From the IMG/VR virus record IMGVR_UViG_3300030329_006605, positions 1-64,000 of that record: DNA of 64,000 nucleotides. One strand, given 5' to 3'. Under the pieces are notes generated by a model. That model was not told the origin of the DNA. It did no database searches and saw only the letters and a list, made by a program, of their open reading frames with translations. This stretch comes from a virus. Made by a program: the position numbers and the translations under genes. Positions 36,784 to 47,327 of this stretch are shown piece after piece. Within the stretch, counting starts at the first letter, position 1. Each line of letters starts with the position of its first letter.

Positions 36784-38613
36784 TTACACCATTCTTGGTA
36801 CAAATGTTGCAACATCCTCTGTTTTATATTCTTGCATATCAAAATAACACTTTGCAGCCCAATTCGCCAGCATAAGAGCGGTATAGTTATCTTTTCTTGC
36901 TCTGCCTGCTGATGTGTTTCTTTTTAAATGTTGCGGTAAATCAAAGGTCTGCGACCCTTTAGCCGTCGTCTTCACCTCAACAAGAGCACATTGTTTCTTT
37001 GTTTGATGAATTAGATTGTCTTGGATGTCAATTAATTCACCTATATTTTTTTCTCCTGTCCATCCCATTTGTATTTTTTGTATAGATTGTTTCTCAAACG
37101 CTGTTCCGCTAGCATTTGCCCTAGAGGCAAACCATATTCTTTTGTAATCTATGCAAGCCTGTAAATATTCGTTTGCTTTTCTTATCCAATTAGTCGTAAA
37201 TACTTGATTATAAATAATTTGTTTATTTTCTAAATTATAATTCTTTTTTAAATCTCTTATGTTTTTATTGTAATCTATACCCTCTGATTCTGAATTGAAG
37301 TCTTCTAATACGTTTAATTTAAATCTTTCGTTTTGCCAAAACTTTGATTGATTACAGGCTTCTATAAATATGTCTGCTCCAGCATTATCAAAACTACCCA
37401 TGACTATATTAAAATTTTTAAATAAATAAAGTAAATATTTTACATGGTTTGTAAGCGCCCCCAAACCCGCATAATTGTGCACAAGTGTAACATGTTTTTT
37501 TTCTTCGTCAAGCTCTAAAACTGATATTGCAAAATAATCCGCGCTAGGGCTATCGCTCATATTCGGATCAAGACCAATAACATATTTTTTATCAGGGCAA
37601 CCTTTAATCATTGTTGTGGGTTCTTCACCATCTGGCACGGTGCATTCATGCATTTTAAGAGCGCTGAAATAACTGTCTGATCCGTCAGTGAATTGAGCAC
37701 AATATTCTCGCTGGAAAGATGCGTGAGAAGAGCCTCCCTCTTGAGCCTCCTCAATGATCGTTTGATCTATCATGTGCTCTGGTAACGCCTCAAACCCCAT
37801 CTGGGATATAAAATAAGTGGCGTCGTCTGATTTCGTTCCATGGTATATATTATTTTGCCAAGTAGAGTATTGCTTGTATAGATTTTCAAACGTATAACTT
37901 GCGGATGATAAGGCTATCATTTTACTGTCGTTTTCAAAAACCATCCTATCTTCTTCTTTCATAGCTCCTTCGGATATTAATTTATCTTCAATTTCTCTAA
38001 CCTCCAACCTTTCTTTCATGTTCTGTGGTGCAACCAAGAAGGGCATAAGTACGTTGGTGATTAGATCCTCTGGGAGCAAAAGGAACTCGTCAAGCACAAG
38101 TATGTTAGCGCGAAAACCACGAATTTTTTCACCGTTAAGGGGGATAGCTGTTATAGAGCCCCCGTTTATTTGCCACTCAAATTGATCGTTTCTTTTCGCT
38201 TTCGCACCAAAGCATTGAGCTAATAACTCTGCACCCTTAGATTCAACCAAGGTCTCTAAATTGTTAAAAATAAATCGAGCAGTACGAAAGGTTGGGCCCG
38301 CAACTAATATCTTAGTTCCCGGATTGAAAACGCATTGCAAAAAACAAAAAACAGAAGCTATAAAAGTTTTTCCACAACCACGACCCCACACGCACATAGA
38401 AAAGTTTCTATTCATCATTCCTTTTAGGGTTACTTCTTGAAATGGGGCAAGCTTTATTCCTGAGATGAGCTCTGTTGTGAACCCCACGTTAGCGCTAAGA
38501 AATTTAGCTAAAGAAATCTTAGCCTCTTTATCGCTTAACTCCCCCTTCAACTTTAGAAACTCCTCGTTTAAGTCGACGGTATCTTTTTCGTATCTTTCTG
38601 GACAGTACCACAT
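36784..38613 (-). CDS. Terminase large subunit
   Basis: GRGCGKT Walker A, LVLDE Walker B, FQREY, and IGLDP...DYFA plus KDNYTAL nuclease motifs. Confidence 0.92.
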   Translation of the reverse strand: MWYCPERYEKDTVDLNEEFLKLKGELSDKEAKISLAKFLSANVGFTTELISGIKLAPFQEVTLKGMMNRNFSMCVWGRGCGKTFIASVFCFLQCVFNPGTKILVAGPTFRTARFIFNNLETLVESKGAELLAQCFGAKAKRNDQFEWQINGGSITAIPLNGEKIRGFRANILVLDEFLLLPEDLITNVLMPFLVAPQNMKERLEVREIEDKLISEGAMKEEDRMVFENDSKMIALSSASYTFENLYKQYSTWQNNIYHGTKSDDATYFISQMGFEALPEHMIDQTIIEEAQEGGSSHASFQREYCAQFTDGSDSYFSALKMHECTVPDGEEPTTMIKGCPDKKYVIGLDPNMSDSPSADYFAISVLELDEEKKHVTLVHNYAGLGALTNHVKYLLYLFKNFNIVMGSFDNAGADIFIEACNQSKFWQNERFKLNVLEDFNSESEGIDYNKNIRDLKKNYNLENKQIIYNQVFTTNWIRKANEYLQACIDYKRIWFASRANASGTAFEKQSIQKIQMGWTGEKNIGELIDIQDNLIHQTKKQCALVEVKTTAKGSQTFDLPQHLKRNTSAGRARKDNYTALMLANWAAKCYFDMQEYKTEDVATFVPRMV

Positions 38614-39551
38614 TATAATATTTTCTTATCGTAAGCTAATTGCAAATCCGTTTTTTTATGAACACAACCGCAAGTAAAAATCTTTTCAATAACCCTTGCG
38701 GATTCTCTCCTACCTTTAACAAATACGAATTGTATATGTTCGTTTTTCTGAATCAAATTTCTAACTCTATTAAAAATAAATTCTGGCGTTGCTCTTATTT
38801 TTTTTGAAATATAAGGAAGGTATTTAAAATTGGAAGCGTTTTCTATTGTGTCTTCAACCAAAATAACTAAATACGCACCATCCTCTTCTGCCCTCTTAAT
38901 TTCATTAACAAAACGTTCATATCCGCCGCTTAACGTTCCTATAAAATCAGACAAAGATTTTCTTTCTATGTAAGTATTACAAGTAGCGTTGCTGTTGTCA
39001 AAAGTATAGTCTCCATATTTTAAAGTCATTAATTCGAACGGTCTTTCGAATTTCAACGGTTTTTGTTCTCTTGTGTCCACTAGAATCTTGTAAACTGGAT
39101 TTTTCCACTCTGCTTCTTCTAAAATATTATTAATTGTGGTATACTTATTTTTAAAACCCAAGGATTTACAAATTTCATAATAATCTCCGATCTCCTTTTC
39201 GTAGTATTGAATGGGCGGGCTCATTATAGAACGAAGCTCCACCTGACAGGGGGAATATACTAATTCTTTTTCTTCTTTTCTTTTAGATAAAACGCCAGTG
39301 CAAAATTTCTTTTTGTCTTCCAAAGATTGATCTTTAAGCCACATTCTTAAGTTAGTTCTACTATTAAATTCTGTGCTAAAATATTGTTTCTTATTTTTAA
39401 ATTTAATTATTTTCTTATCGTGTTTATCGTATCGAGGAAAATGTTTTTGGTAATAGGCAGCAACTCGAAGATCATGCACTTTAATATGCGCGTGGAGTTG
39501 TTTTTCCGCCTCAAATTCTTTTTTACATTCTTGACAAGTATGATTATTCAT
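38613..39551 (-). CDS. C2H2 zinc finger plus ERCC4 (XPF/Mus81) nuclease
   Basis: CQEC...HIKVH finger, then VDTREQ, GDY and IERKS. Confidence 0.88.
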   Translation of the reverse strand: MNNHTCQECKKEFEAEKQLHAHIKVHDLRVAAYYQKHFPRYDKHDKKIIKFKNKKQYFSTEFNSRTNLRMWLKDQSLEDKKKFCTGVLSKRKEEKELVYSPCQVELRSIMSPPIQYYEKEIGDYYEICKSLGFKNKYTTINNILEEAEWKNPVYKILVDTREQKPLKFERPFELMTLKYGDYTFDNSNATCNTYIERKSLSDFIGTLSGGYERFVNEIKRAEEDGAYLVILVEDTIENASNFKYLPYISKKIRATPEFIFNRVRNLIQKNEHIQFVFVKGRRESARVIEKIFTCGCVHKKTDLQLAYDKKIL

Positions 39552-40632
39552 CGAGAACTTCCCCCTTAGATAAGCCCATAATCTTACATTTTATTTCGTC
39601 CATATCACTTAGATTTTCCACCTCTTTGCCAACCTGCTGTTTTCTTAATTGCGCAAGCTTTATGAGTTTTTCTCTAGATTCTTCTTCTTTCCATATTTGA
39701 ACAAGGTTTAAGACGCTTGCGTTTTCTTGAATTTGATTTTTTAATCTATCGCTTCTTTTCGTCTTTAAGGCTTCTAAAAGTTTTTGCTGGCGGTTGATAC
39801 ACTGATGGTATTCTCCTTGAGCGCTACTTATTGATTCAACTAGACTCATTGAAATTCTTCTACCCTCTGTATCGTCTGCCACATCATCTAATAAATCTTG
39901 AAGATGTTCGACTCTCCGCTGGATATTGGCCGAGATGACAACCTCGATAGATAAAACTATATATTGGTCAACCTCTTCCTGAGTTAAGTCAGGTTTATCA
40001 TAAGTATAACGGATGAAGCTGGATTCGTATAGTTCTCTATCTGTTTGCGTTTGATAATGATTCATGTGGTGGACAAATCTATAAGTTTCCAAAAACTTCA
40101 TTAACGTTTCAATATTTTTCTTTTCTTGTCTAGTTATTTTTTCTTTGTTTATTCCGCTCGGTACATATTTATTTACTCTAGCTACGGCTGCCACAAAGGT
40201 TTTCGGCGGCTTGTAGGATTCTGCCGCGGGTACTTCCTCTGTATTTTCATATGGCTCTATATCTAAAGATTTAATGTATTCGCTTACAGTTCTAGTTTCT
40301 TGATTTAAATTTGTTAATTCATTATTCTTAAAAATAACCTTAGCTATTTCCAAGGCTTTCATCATGGCTGCATTGTTTTCTATAAACTGAATTTGTTCTT
40401 CTGTTAAATCTATTTTATCTTTATGCTTGTAAACGTGTGCGCCATCCGCGGATAGATTACGAGTTGCAAGAAAAGCTTTAACACTTCTTCCTTCTTTACT
40501 CCTACCATCTATATCTGGTTTGTCAGGGAAAGCTAACCTTATCAATTCTAAAAGAGAAGGTGGATTTTCCTCTCTTGAATTCCACTCTTCAAGAATTATA
40601 TTCTTTTGCTCTTCTGTTAATAATTCCGACAT
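39544..40632 (-). CDS. Hypothetical protein (possible terminase small subunit/DNA-binding protein)
   Basis: 362 aa helical protein, two genes upstream of TerL. Function inferred from position only. Confidence 0.4.
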   Translation of the reverse strand: MSELLTEEQKNIILEEWNSREENPPSLLELIRLAFPDKPDIDGRSKEGRSVKAFLATRNLSADGAHVYKHKDKIDLTEEQIQFIENNAAMMKALEIAKVIFKNNELTNLNQETRTVSEYIKSLDIEPYENTEEVPAAESYKPPKTFVAAVARVNKYVPSGINKEKITRQEKKNIETLMKFLETYRFVHHMNHYQTQTDRELYESSFIRYTYDKPDLTQEEVDQYIVLSIEVVISANIQRRVEHLQDLLDDVADDTEGRRISMSLVESISSAQGEYHQCINRQQKLLEALKTKRSDRLKNQIQENASVLNLVQIWKEEESREKLIKLAQLRKQQVGKEVENLSDMDEIKCKIMGLSKGEVLDE

Positions 40633-41252
40633 TAGCTTACCGCCTTAGATGCTTTTAAAAATTTTTTATTTTCTTTCTTGGCTCGCAAGAAATCTTCCTT
40701 GGTTTTTTTCCAGAACACATCACCATAGTCTATATAAATCTCTTCGCCAGCCTCAATATCTCTAATAGATAAAATCATAAAATATGGTTGAGTTGGAACC
40801 GGGTAGCATTGAGCATTATACCCGCTCTTAATCAAATAATTAATTCTTTGCTTATTCTTTTCTAGTATATTGCTTTCTTCATCTACGTTCCAGTAACCAG
40901 ATTGGCGATTATTATAATTATGTTTGTCATTTATGTAACCGCCTAAGCCTATGGGGTTTGTTGATGAAATTGGGTCACAATCTATATAAACGTCTAATTG
41001 GTTATCTCCGTCTTTCACTTTGGCTGCGGGATGCCACAAAGCATATCTTGGCATAGGCTCTTTTGGTGCAGTGCCGTCAATTTTATAAGCGTATTTTTCT
41101 TCTATTTTATCTGCGGTATAAAGATCGCCCTTGTATTCGCACATGGGTATACCTACAGGCAAATGAGCGGTTGCAAACAATCCTAGACCAGCCTTCTTTA
41201 TGTTTGAAGTTTTTATTTCTAAACCCGTTGCTAAATTATCTTGTATGTTCAT
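40632..41252 (-). CDS. SET-domain methyltransferase
   Basis: AGLGLFAT, EYKG, GYIND and RDIEAGEEIYIDYG. Confidence 0.88.
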   Translation of the reverse strand: MNIQDNLATGLEIKTSNIKKAGLGLFATAHLPVGIPMCEYKGDLYTADKIEEKYAYKIDGTAPKEPMPRYALWHPAAKVKDGDNQLDVYIDCDPISSTNPIGLGGYINDKHNYNNRQSGYWNVDEESNILEKNKQRINYLIKSGYNAQCYPVPTQPYFMILSIRDIEAGEEIYIDYGDVFWKKTKEDFLRAKKENKKFLKASKAVS

Positions 41253-41944
41253 AAAAAATCTACATCCCCCTTTTTTAAAGTAATTTTAACCTTTTCTATT
41301 ATATTTTTCTTTAAATTTTTTATTTGTTTGTATCCCGGATTCCTGTTTTTTTCCGTTGAAACATACCCCAAAGAACTGGCGACTTCTATTTCTTCTAAAT
41401 TTTTAATAAATAACCCCTCGTAAACTATCCACTCGTTCGGCTTTAAAATTTCTTTCATTTTTTTGTGTAGTTTCTTTGCGTTTCTTTCTATATCCATAGA
41501 ATCTGATAAAGCTATACGTTGAACCTCATAACTATGATCTTCTAAAGATAATGGTATTTTTATATTATATGCGCTTTTTTTTGTTTTTTCCCACCTAGCA
41601 AACAGCGGACAGCTTGAGTCTTGTTTGTCGTATATCTTGCATCCATCATGCCCTTCTTGAGCCGCACATTTCAAACATGGCCTACTATAATTTCCGTAAT
41701 TGTTTCTTATTAAATTTTTTATCTGATTAGATATTATTCTATTTAACCACGGCCCCAGAGGTTTATCCTCTTTGTATAGATGCCATTTTTCGTAAATGTG
41801 TACTCTTATTATTTGAGAAACATCATCGAAATCCATCCAATTTAAGGAAGTTAAGCTCCATTTATGCCTTCTTTTATTTATTTCTTGATTTATAAAATCT
41901 ATGGACTCCTCAAAGCTGGGTTTTTCTTTTCTTTTTTTAGGCAT
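41249..41944 (-). CDS. Phage sigma-factor-like protein
   Basis: Region 2-like DFDDVSQ...WLNRIISNQIKNLIR, a Cys cluster, and a region 4-like HTH (LKPNEWIV...EVASSLGY). Confidence 0.7.
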   Translation of the reverse strand: MPKKRKEKPSFEESIDFINQEINKRRHKWSLTSLNWMDFDDVSQIIRVHIYEKWHLYKEDKPLGPWLNRIISNQIKNLIRNNYGNYSRPCLKCAAQEGHDGCKIYDKQDSSCPLFARWEKTKKSAYNIKIPLSLEDHSYEVQRIALSDSMDIERNAKKLHKKMKEILKPNEWIVYEGLFIKNLEEIEVASSLGYVSTEKNRNPGYKQIKNLKKNIIEKVKITLKKGDVDFL

Positions 41945-42336
41945 TATTTGTTTCTAGAAGTTCCCGCTTCTGATTGGAACTCGTCCAAGAACTTCTTTTT
42001 ATTGGCAGCTTGTTGTTTTTTTGAAACACGCTTTCTTTTTTCACCCTTTTGGTTTGTTTGATTATTGGGTGGCGTTTTTCCACTTTTATCAATTGCGTCA
42101 CCAACCGTGATTCCTTTCGGGCTCATATCGTATTCCACGTCAAAATCTAATCCAGTAAGATTTACGTCTAATTCAACAATTTCGTCTTGTTCAATAGTTT
42201 CTACATCGTTGGGAACAATAGCCGGTGGTGTTACAGCCCCCTTTAAAAAGGAAAACCCACATTTAGGGCAAAAATTTGGTTTTTCTAAAGCTTTATGCTC
42301 GATTCTTTTTCCACAGCTATTACAATAAGTAGTCAT
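41944..42336 (-). CDS. Zinc-ribbon protein
   Basis: YCNSCG...FCPKCG. Confidence 0.75.
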   Translation of the reverse strand: MTTYCNSCGKRIEHKALEKPNFCPKCGFSFLKGAVTPPAIVPNDVETIEQDEIVELDVNLTGLDFDVEYDMSPKGITVGDAIDKSGKTPPNNQTNQKGEKRKRVSKKQQAANKKKFLDEFQSEAGTSRNK

Positions 42337-42399
42337 ACAGTTATATTACTCGTAATTAAGGTTTTTTCTCAAAAAAAGTGTGTATATATATTTATAGCG

Positions 42400-42558
42400 A
42401 TGAAGAAAGACTTAAAAACTATTCTTGATATAAGCTTTCGTTATTGCAAAAATTCAAACGACCATATCGCTAATTTCTTTAGAAAAATAAATGATACTGC
42501 ATGGCAAGCTTTAAAACATATAGAAAGACATCCCCCTAAAGATGAGGAAGAAAATTAA
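42400..42558 (+). CDS. Small hypothetical protein (only likely plus-strand gene)
   Basis: ATG at 42400 in an intergenic gap, preceded by a GTGTA late-promoter-like motif. Confidence 0.5.
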   Translation: MKKDLKTILDISFRYCKNSNDHIANFFRKINDTAWQALKHIERHPPKDEEEN

Positions 42559-43358
42559 ATTCTTTCTTCTTCTTCTGTTATTTTTTTAGTTATAAATTTA
42601 ACCAACTCAGACCGCATGATATCTTCTTCTGTAAAATTAAAAGTATAAATACCCATGGCAATACTATCTTCTTCAGAGAAGAGTTTCGATAATCTAGCAA
42701 ATCCCCCCTGAGAGCTTTCGTTTCTAATATCTGTTTGTGCTGGATCAGCAAGAACAAAGCACCTGCTACCTTCGGCCATCCTAGTGAGGACGGTAACAAT
42801 TTCTTTTTCTGTGGAGTTTTGCGCTTCGTCAAGAATCACACATTTTCCCTTCCAGTTCATTCCTCTGGCAAAATTAACCGGAAACATAGATACCCTATTT
42901 TGTTCTTCTAGTTTATCAGCTTTTGTTTCTAATAATAATTCGTCAAGCTTGTCTAAAAACGGTAGATTATAAAATCTAAGCTTTTCGTCCGCTGTGCCGG
43001 GTAAGAATCCCAAGCTTCTATCAGAACTTTCTACCGCTGATCGGAGATACATTATATCGCTAGCCGCCTTCATGTTGAGAAGTTGAAGCCCACAGTAAGT
43101 TGCTAAAAGAGTTTTACTGGTTCCCGCGGGGCCATTTACGAACACGATCTTCGTGTTGTAATCTAGAGCTACCCTAAAAAATTCTTTTTGTTTATCTGTC
43201 CAAGGAAATTGGTTGATTTTTATCTGTTTCTTTATGGGATTTTCGACTATGAACTTTTCATCATGAGGCGATTCGTTCATGACCGCGGAGACGACTTCTT
43301 TTCCTCCCCGTATTTTTACTTTACCGCCCGCATCGGGCTCTTTCTTTCTTCTTGGCAT
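42555..43358 (-). CDS. phoH: PhoH-family ATPase
   Basis: GPAGTSKT, LGFLPG, FARG, ILDEAQN and DIMRS. Confidence 0.93.
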   Translation of the reverse strand: MPRRKKEPDAGGKVKIRGGKEVVSAVMNESPHDEKFIVENPIKKQIKINQFPWTDKQKEFFRVALDYNTKIVFVNGPAGTSKTLLATYCGLQLLNMKAASDIMYLRSAVESSDRSLGFLPGTADEKLRFYNLPFLDKLDELLLETKADKLEEQNRVSMFPVNFARGMNWKGKCVILDEAQNSTEKEIVTVLTRMAEGSRCFVLADPAQTDIRNESSQGGFARLSKLFSEEDSIAMGIYTFNFTEEDIMRSELVKFITKKITEEEERI

Positions 43359-43391
43359 AATTAAAACACCTTGTAAAAGGTATTACACAAA

Positions 43392-44021
43392 TTAAATGTT
43401 CATATCCATCATCTTATCAATTATTGAATATTTTGAGTATTTTGAGTTTATAAATGTTAGTCTTATATTATGTCTGTTAAAATCTTGGGGGTTTAATACT
43501 CCCCTAAAATATGGGAGAGCTAAAAATTCTCTAGCTTTTTCTTTTCTGCAAATTTCTAGGATTTTATCTTCTAGGTAGGTGTTTATCTCTGGGTGGCTAG
43601 TTGATGAAAATGTGAACCCTCTTTTGGGTTTTATATTTAACAGTTCTGCCGTTTTAAAAACACTGTAGGCAGACAACTGAGATACGCTATCTCCCGGTAC
43701 TTGAAATACTTCTTTTATCATTGGCATAACAGTATCAAATCCTCTTTTGAATTTATAATTAAAGTTTAATACTTTTATGAACTTTTTTTTCCATGCGGAG
43801 GTTGTGTATTTTGCGTCTTTTATTAAAATGGGGTTATCGTTTTTTTCTAATGGAATCCTAAAGTAATAGTTTTTATCTTGAATGTTTAGTATTGTTTTAT
43901 TTATCCAATCTTTGCTATTAAAAAAGACGTCATCCAAGAAAATTACTTTATCAGCTTCTTGTACTATATTAAAGTAGCCCTCATAAGGGAAAAAACAAGG
44001 TTGGATTAATGCTAGTTTCAT
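43392..44021 (-). CDS. WbqC-like protein
   Basis: IQPCFFPYEGYF...DKVIFLDDV. Confidence 0.8.
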   Translation of the reverse strand: MKLALIQPCFFPYEGYFNIVQEADKVIFLDDVFFNSKDWINKTILNIQDKNYYFRIPLEKNDNPILIKDAKYTTSAWKKKFIKVLNFNYKFKRGFDTVMPMIKEVFQVPGDSVSQLSAYSVFKTAELLNIKPKRGFTFSSTSHPEINTYLEDKILEICRKEKAREFLALPYFRGVLNPQDFNRHNIRLTFINSKYSKYSIIDKMMDMNI

Positions 44022-44989
44022 TTTGCGTCAAAAAAGAATAGATGGAATAATCTACTGTTCTCTCTATTGCTACCGAAATATTCGGTTGCTGAGTGAATTA
44101 ATTTTGCATCCCATAGAACCAGTCTATTGAATACGTTTCCTACCGTATCAACTAATTCAAAGTTATTTCTATCATAAAATCCACCAGCAAAAATTTCTGA
44201 ATGAATAATCATAGGATCATCAACTTCCTTTTCCGAGGGCTCTTTTCGCCAACCGTTTATCTTACTCTTGTAGAAGCTTGTTCCACATCCAACGGGCGCA
44301 TCTGGAGTCAAATATACCGCTCCAGCCCATTGTTGTCCGTCTGTATGATATACGACCTTATCCTCTGCAGTGCAGAATTGAAAGCATCCGTTGGTGCCAT
44401 AATCCCATTTTGTAATTTCTTTACCTAGAAGGTTTTCGAATGCCTCCTTGGTCCCTTCCGCTATATAAGTTTCATCCGTTCTATTACCCTTGTGGTAATC
44501 TTCGTGTTGAATCATATCCGTTCTTAAAGCTAATTCTCTTACCTTCATGGGGTCGGAATAAAAATTATCAATCACGACAGCCTCCCTTTTAAGCTGTGAA
44601 TTTATTGTGACTGAAGACAGATCTAATTTTTCGAATCCTTCTTTTTCTTTGTCCGTTAATTCCTTTAAATCGACCCATATTTCGTTTTCAATTTTGCATT
44701 GTAATTTAACTTTAGTGCTTTTATCTGTTAAGAGGTTCTCTTCGTTTAAATGAATATCTATATAAAATCCCGTAAATAGCATTAAATCGCTATTATAAAA
44801 TTGTTTTACATCTTCTCGTTTAATGCCGTATTTTGCTCCACCCACTTCGACATCGTTTGCGAGCAGCCTTATATCTGTGACTTCTTTTTCCTCTATAGTC
44901 CCACACCAACCCCCTATATACAGCATTTCTCCCGTATTTTTGATTCGGTCTATGTTTAGATTAATACCCTTTGTTAAAGTTTCGTGCAT
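44018..44989 (-). CDS. 2OG-Fe(II) oxygenase (DUF6445-like)
   Basis: VIDNFY, HTD, WAGAVYLTP, FNRLVLWD..LIHS and RLFHLFFF. Confidence 0.8.
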   Translation of the reverse strand: MHETLTKGINLNIDRIKNTGEMLYIGGWCGTIEEKEVTDIRLLANDVEVGGAKYGIKREDVKQFYNSDLMLFTGFYIDIHLNEENLLTDKSTKVKLQCKIENEIWVDLKELTDKEKEGFEKLDLSSVTINSQLKREAVVIDNFYSDPMKVRELALRTDMIQHEDYHKGNRTDETYIAEGTKEAFENLLGKEITKWDYGTNGCFQFCTAEDKVVYHTDGQQWAGAVYLTPDAPVGCGTSFYKSKINGWRKEPSEKEVDDPMIIHSEIFAGGFYDRNNFELVDTVGNVFNRLVLWDAKLIHSATEYFGSNRENSRLFHLFFFDAK

Positions 44990-45923
44990 AATACTTTATG
45001 GTTTTCTTTAATCCATCTTGAAGTTTTGTTTTTGGAGCCCATTCTAGTTCCTTTTGTATTTTCTTGCTGTTTATGGCGTATCTAAAATCATGCCCCAATC
45101 TGTCTTTTACATATTTTATATATTTTTTATGGGATACTTTAAATATCCTACAAATTTCGTAGATAATTTCCAAATTAGTTTTTTCACAATTGGCTCCCAC
45201 CAAATATGTTTCTCCTAGTTTCCCTTTTGTCAGTATTGACCATAAGGCTCTACAATGGTCTTTAACATATATCCAATCTCTAATATTCTTTCCCTCACCG
45301 TAAACTGGTATTTTGTCTTCTTCCAGAATTGATCTAATTATGGTGGGTATAAATTTTTCTTGATGCTGGTTTGGACCATAGTTGTTTGAGCAATTAGATA
45401 TGGTTATCGGTAATTCATGGGTATTGAAGTAGGCTCGAATTAAAAAGTCAGATGAAGCTTTAGACGCGGAATATGGGTTCCTAGGGTCATACGCCGTATC
45501 TTCTGAAAATTTGTTATCGCCTTTATTTAGGTGGCCATATACTTCGTCTGTAGATACATGGTGTAATCGCTTTATTTTGAACTTCTGAGCGCATTTTATC
45601 AAATTGAAGGTTCCCACCACGTTACTCTCAATAAACGCGTCAGCGGCTAAAATAGAGTTATCTACGTGTGTTTCTGCGGCTAGATGTACAACGTGTGTGA
45701 TGTCATGTTTGTAAAAGGTATCATATACGTCAGAGTAATCCTTAAGATTAACCTCTTGGAACATATATTTTTCATGATTATCAAATTCTTCTACATTATT
45801 TAAATTCCCAGCGTATGAAAGACTATCAAGATTAACAAGCTTGCAAACTTGTTTTTTATTGATTACGTGTCTAATAAAATTAGAGCCAATAAACCCGCAT
45901 CCACCTGTGACTAATAAATTCAT
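44961..45923 (-). CDS. rfbB: dTDP-glucose 4,6-dehydratase
   Basis: TGGCGFIGSN, HLAAETHVDNS, STDEVYG, PYSASKAS, NNYGP and GHDFRY. Confidence 0.96.
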   Translation of the reverse strand: MNLLVTGGCGFIGSNFIRHVINKKQVCKLVNLDSLSYAGNLNNVEEFDNHEKYMFQEVNLKDYSDVYDTFYKHDITHVVHLAAETHVDNSILAADAFIESNVVGTFNLIKCAQKFKIKRLHHVSTDEVYGHLNKGDNKFSEDTAYDPRNPYSASKASSDFLIRAYFNTHELPITISNCSNNYGPNQHQEKFIPTIIRSILEEDKIPVYGEGKNIRDWIYVKDHCRALWSILTKGKLGETYLVGANCEKTNLEIIYEICRIFKVSHKKYIKYVKDRLGHDFRYAINSKKIQKELEWAPKTKLQDGLKKTIKYYARNFNKGY

Positions 45924-47323
45924 AAATAATTTAAATGTTCGGAACCCTTAAGGAATTCTCCATGTATCTTTGGTATGTATTTTTCTAGCGATGTTTTTAT
46001 CTTGTCGTGCCGTTCTTTATCTACGCCTACTTTTTTATAATGCCATTCTATGTATAATTCGTCAATATATTTTATTGATTTATCATCTATCATTTTTTCG
46101 AGCACCTCATATTCTGCTCCCTCAATATCCATTTTTAAAATTATATAGTCTTTTTCTTTGAAATTTGTTAGTATCCATTCGCTAAAGTCTATGGCGTCCA
46201 CAATTAGTGGATTGTCTAAGTCGTTTTCTTTATGACCGTTGGGGTGGGTTTTCTCTGTTAAAATACTGCTTCCATCTCCGTCATTTCTATCTAGGTAAAA
46301 ATTTATCTTTTCATTCTTAATCCAAACGGCGTTATTCATTATCTTATCTTTGGGGTTTTTTTGGGCGTAATCTTTTATCAAGTCGAAATTAGGCTCGAAA
46401 GAAAATATTTCATAATTTTTTTCAATGTACTTTCTTTGAGATTTAAACTTCCTTATTGATTGTCCGGTATTTCCACCACAGTCGATAAACGCCCTTCTTT
46501 TGGGGTTCTCGCTAAAACCATTTTTCCTTATCCAATCTATGGTATATCCTATTCTAGAAAATATTTTGTTTTTGCTGTCTATTTGTAGTTGTGGGTAAAA
46601 TTTATGTTCAATATGCCTTAATATTGCTTGGTCTGTTCCACACCCCTTAGGAAAGTTAATCGCAGCGTTCCCCCATTTCTGTAAGCCCTTATCTAGTATT
46701 TCTCCAGACTTCATCAAAGTAGATAGGCGTTTAATTAATTCTTGGTTTTTATACCATTTCTTTGCTGAAAGATCATCATCCGTAACATACTTTATAACTT
46801 CTTTAAATGTTTTAATTATGAAATCTTTTTTTCCTATATATGCTCCAGCGTTCAAATACCAACCACCATGCATTTCTTTCGCCCAAGCTTTTGCCGCACG
46901 AGACTCCTTAGATTCATTATAATATCCGTCTGAAAATTTTGTTGCGTTAAATAGCAAATCACAATTAAAGTCATTCAAAAATGTACTTAATATCTTATCT
47001 GGGCTCTGGGAAATAAAAACGTCGTCCGTGTCAACAAACATTACATATTTTTTGTCTTTTACCTCTTCGCTCTCTAAATACTCCAGATAGGGAATAAGTC
47101 TTAAGGTATTGCTCCAAGGATGTATGTTTAAATGTAAGCACGTATAATTATAACACTTATATTCTTCCATCTGCCTTTCCAAGAAGGATTTTTCCGTATG
47201 ATTGTGACAGCCTATAACAAGCATGTTTTCCGGAATTACAAATTTTTTAGGTAGCAGTCCATTTTCTCTATGAAACTCCCACTCTTTTACTGCTCGAATT
47301 TGGTCATGATAAACAGGAACCAT
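45920..47323 (-). CDS. PLOD-type glycosyltransferase fused to FkbM-family methyltransferase
   Basis: N-part: MFVDTDDV, LLFNA, YLNAGAYIG, TDQ, IDSKNKIF. C-part: FIDCGGNTG, FEPN, LKMDIEGAEY, IEWH. Confidence 0.8.
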   Translation of the reverse strand: MVPVYHDQIRAVKEWEFHRENGLLPKKFVIPENMLVIGCHNHTEKSFLERQMEEYKCYNYTCLHLNIHPWSNTLRLIPYLEYLESEEVKDKKYVMFVDTDDVFISQSPDKILSTFLNDFNCDLLFNATKFSDGYYNESKESRAAKAWAKEMHGGWYLNAGAYIGKKDFIIKTFKEVIKYVTDDDLSAKKWYKNQELIKRLSTLMKSGEILDKGLQKWGNAAINFPKGCGTDQAILRHIEHKFYPQLQIDSKNKIFSRIGYTIDWIRKNGFSENPKRRAFIDCGGNTGQSIRKFKSQRKYIEKNYEIFSFEPNFDLIKDYAQKNPKDKIMNNAVWIKNEKINFYLDRNDGDGSSILTEKTHPNGHKENDLDNPLIVDAIDFSEWILTNFKEKDYIILKMDIEGAEYEVLEKMIDDKSIKYIDELYIEWHYKKVGVDKERHDKIKTSLEKYIPKIHGEFLKGSEHLNYL

Positions 47324-47327
47324 ATTT

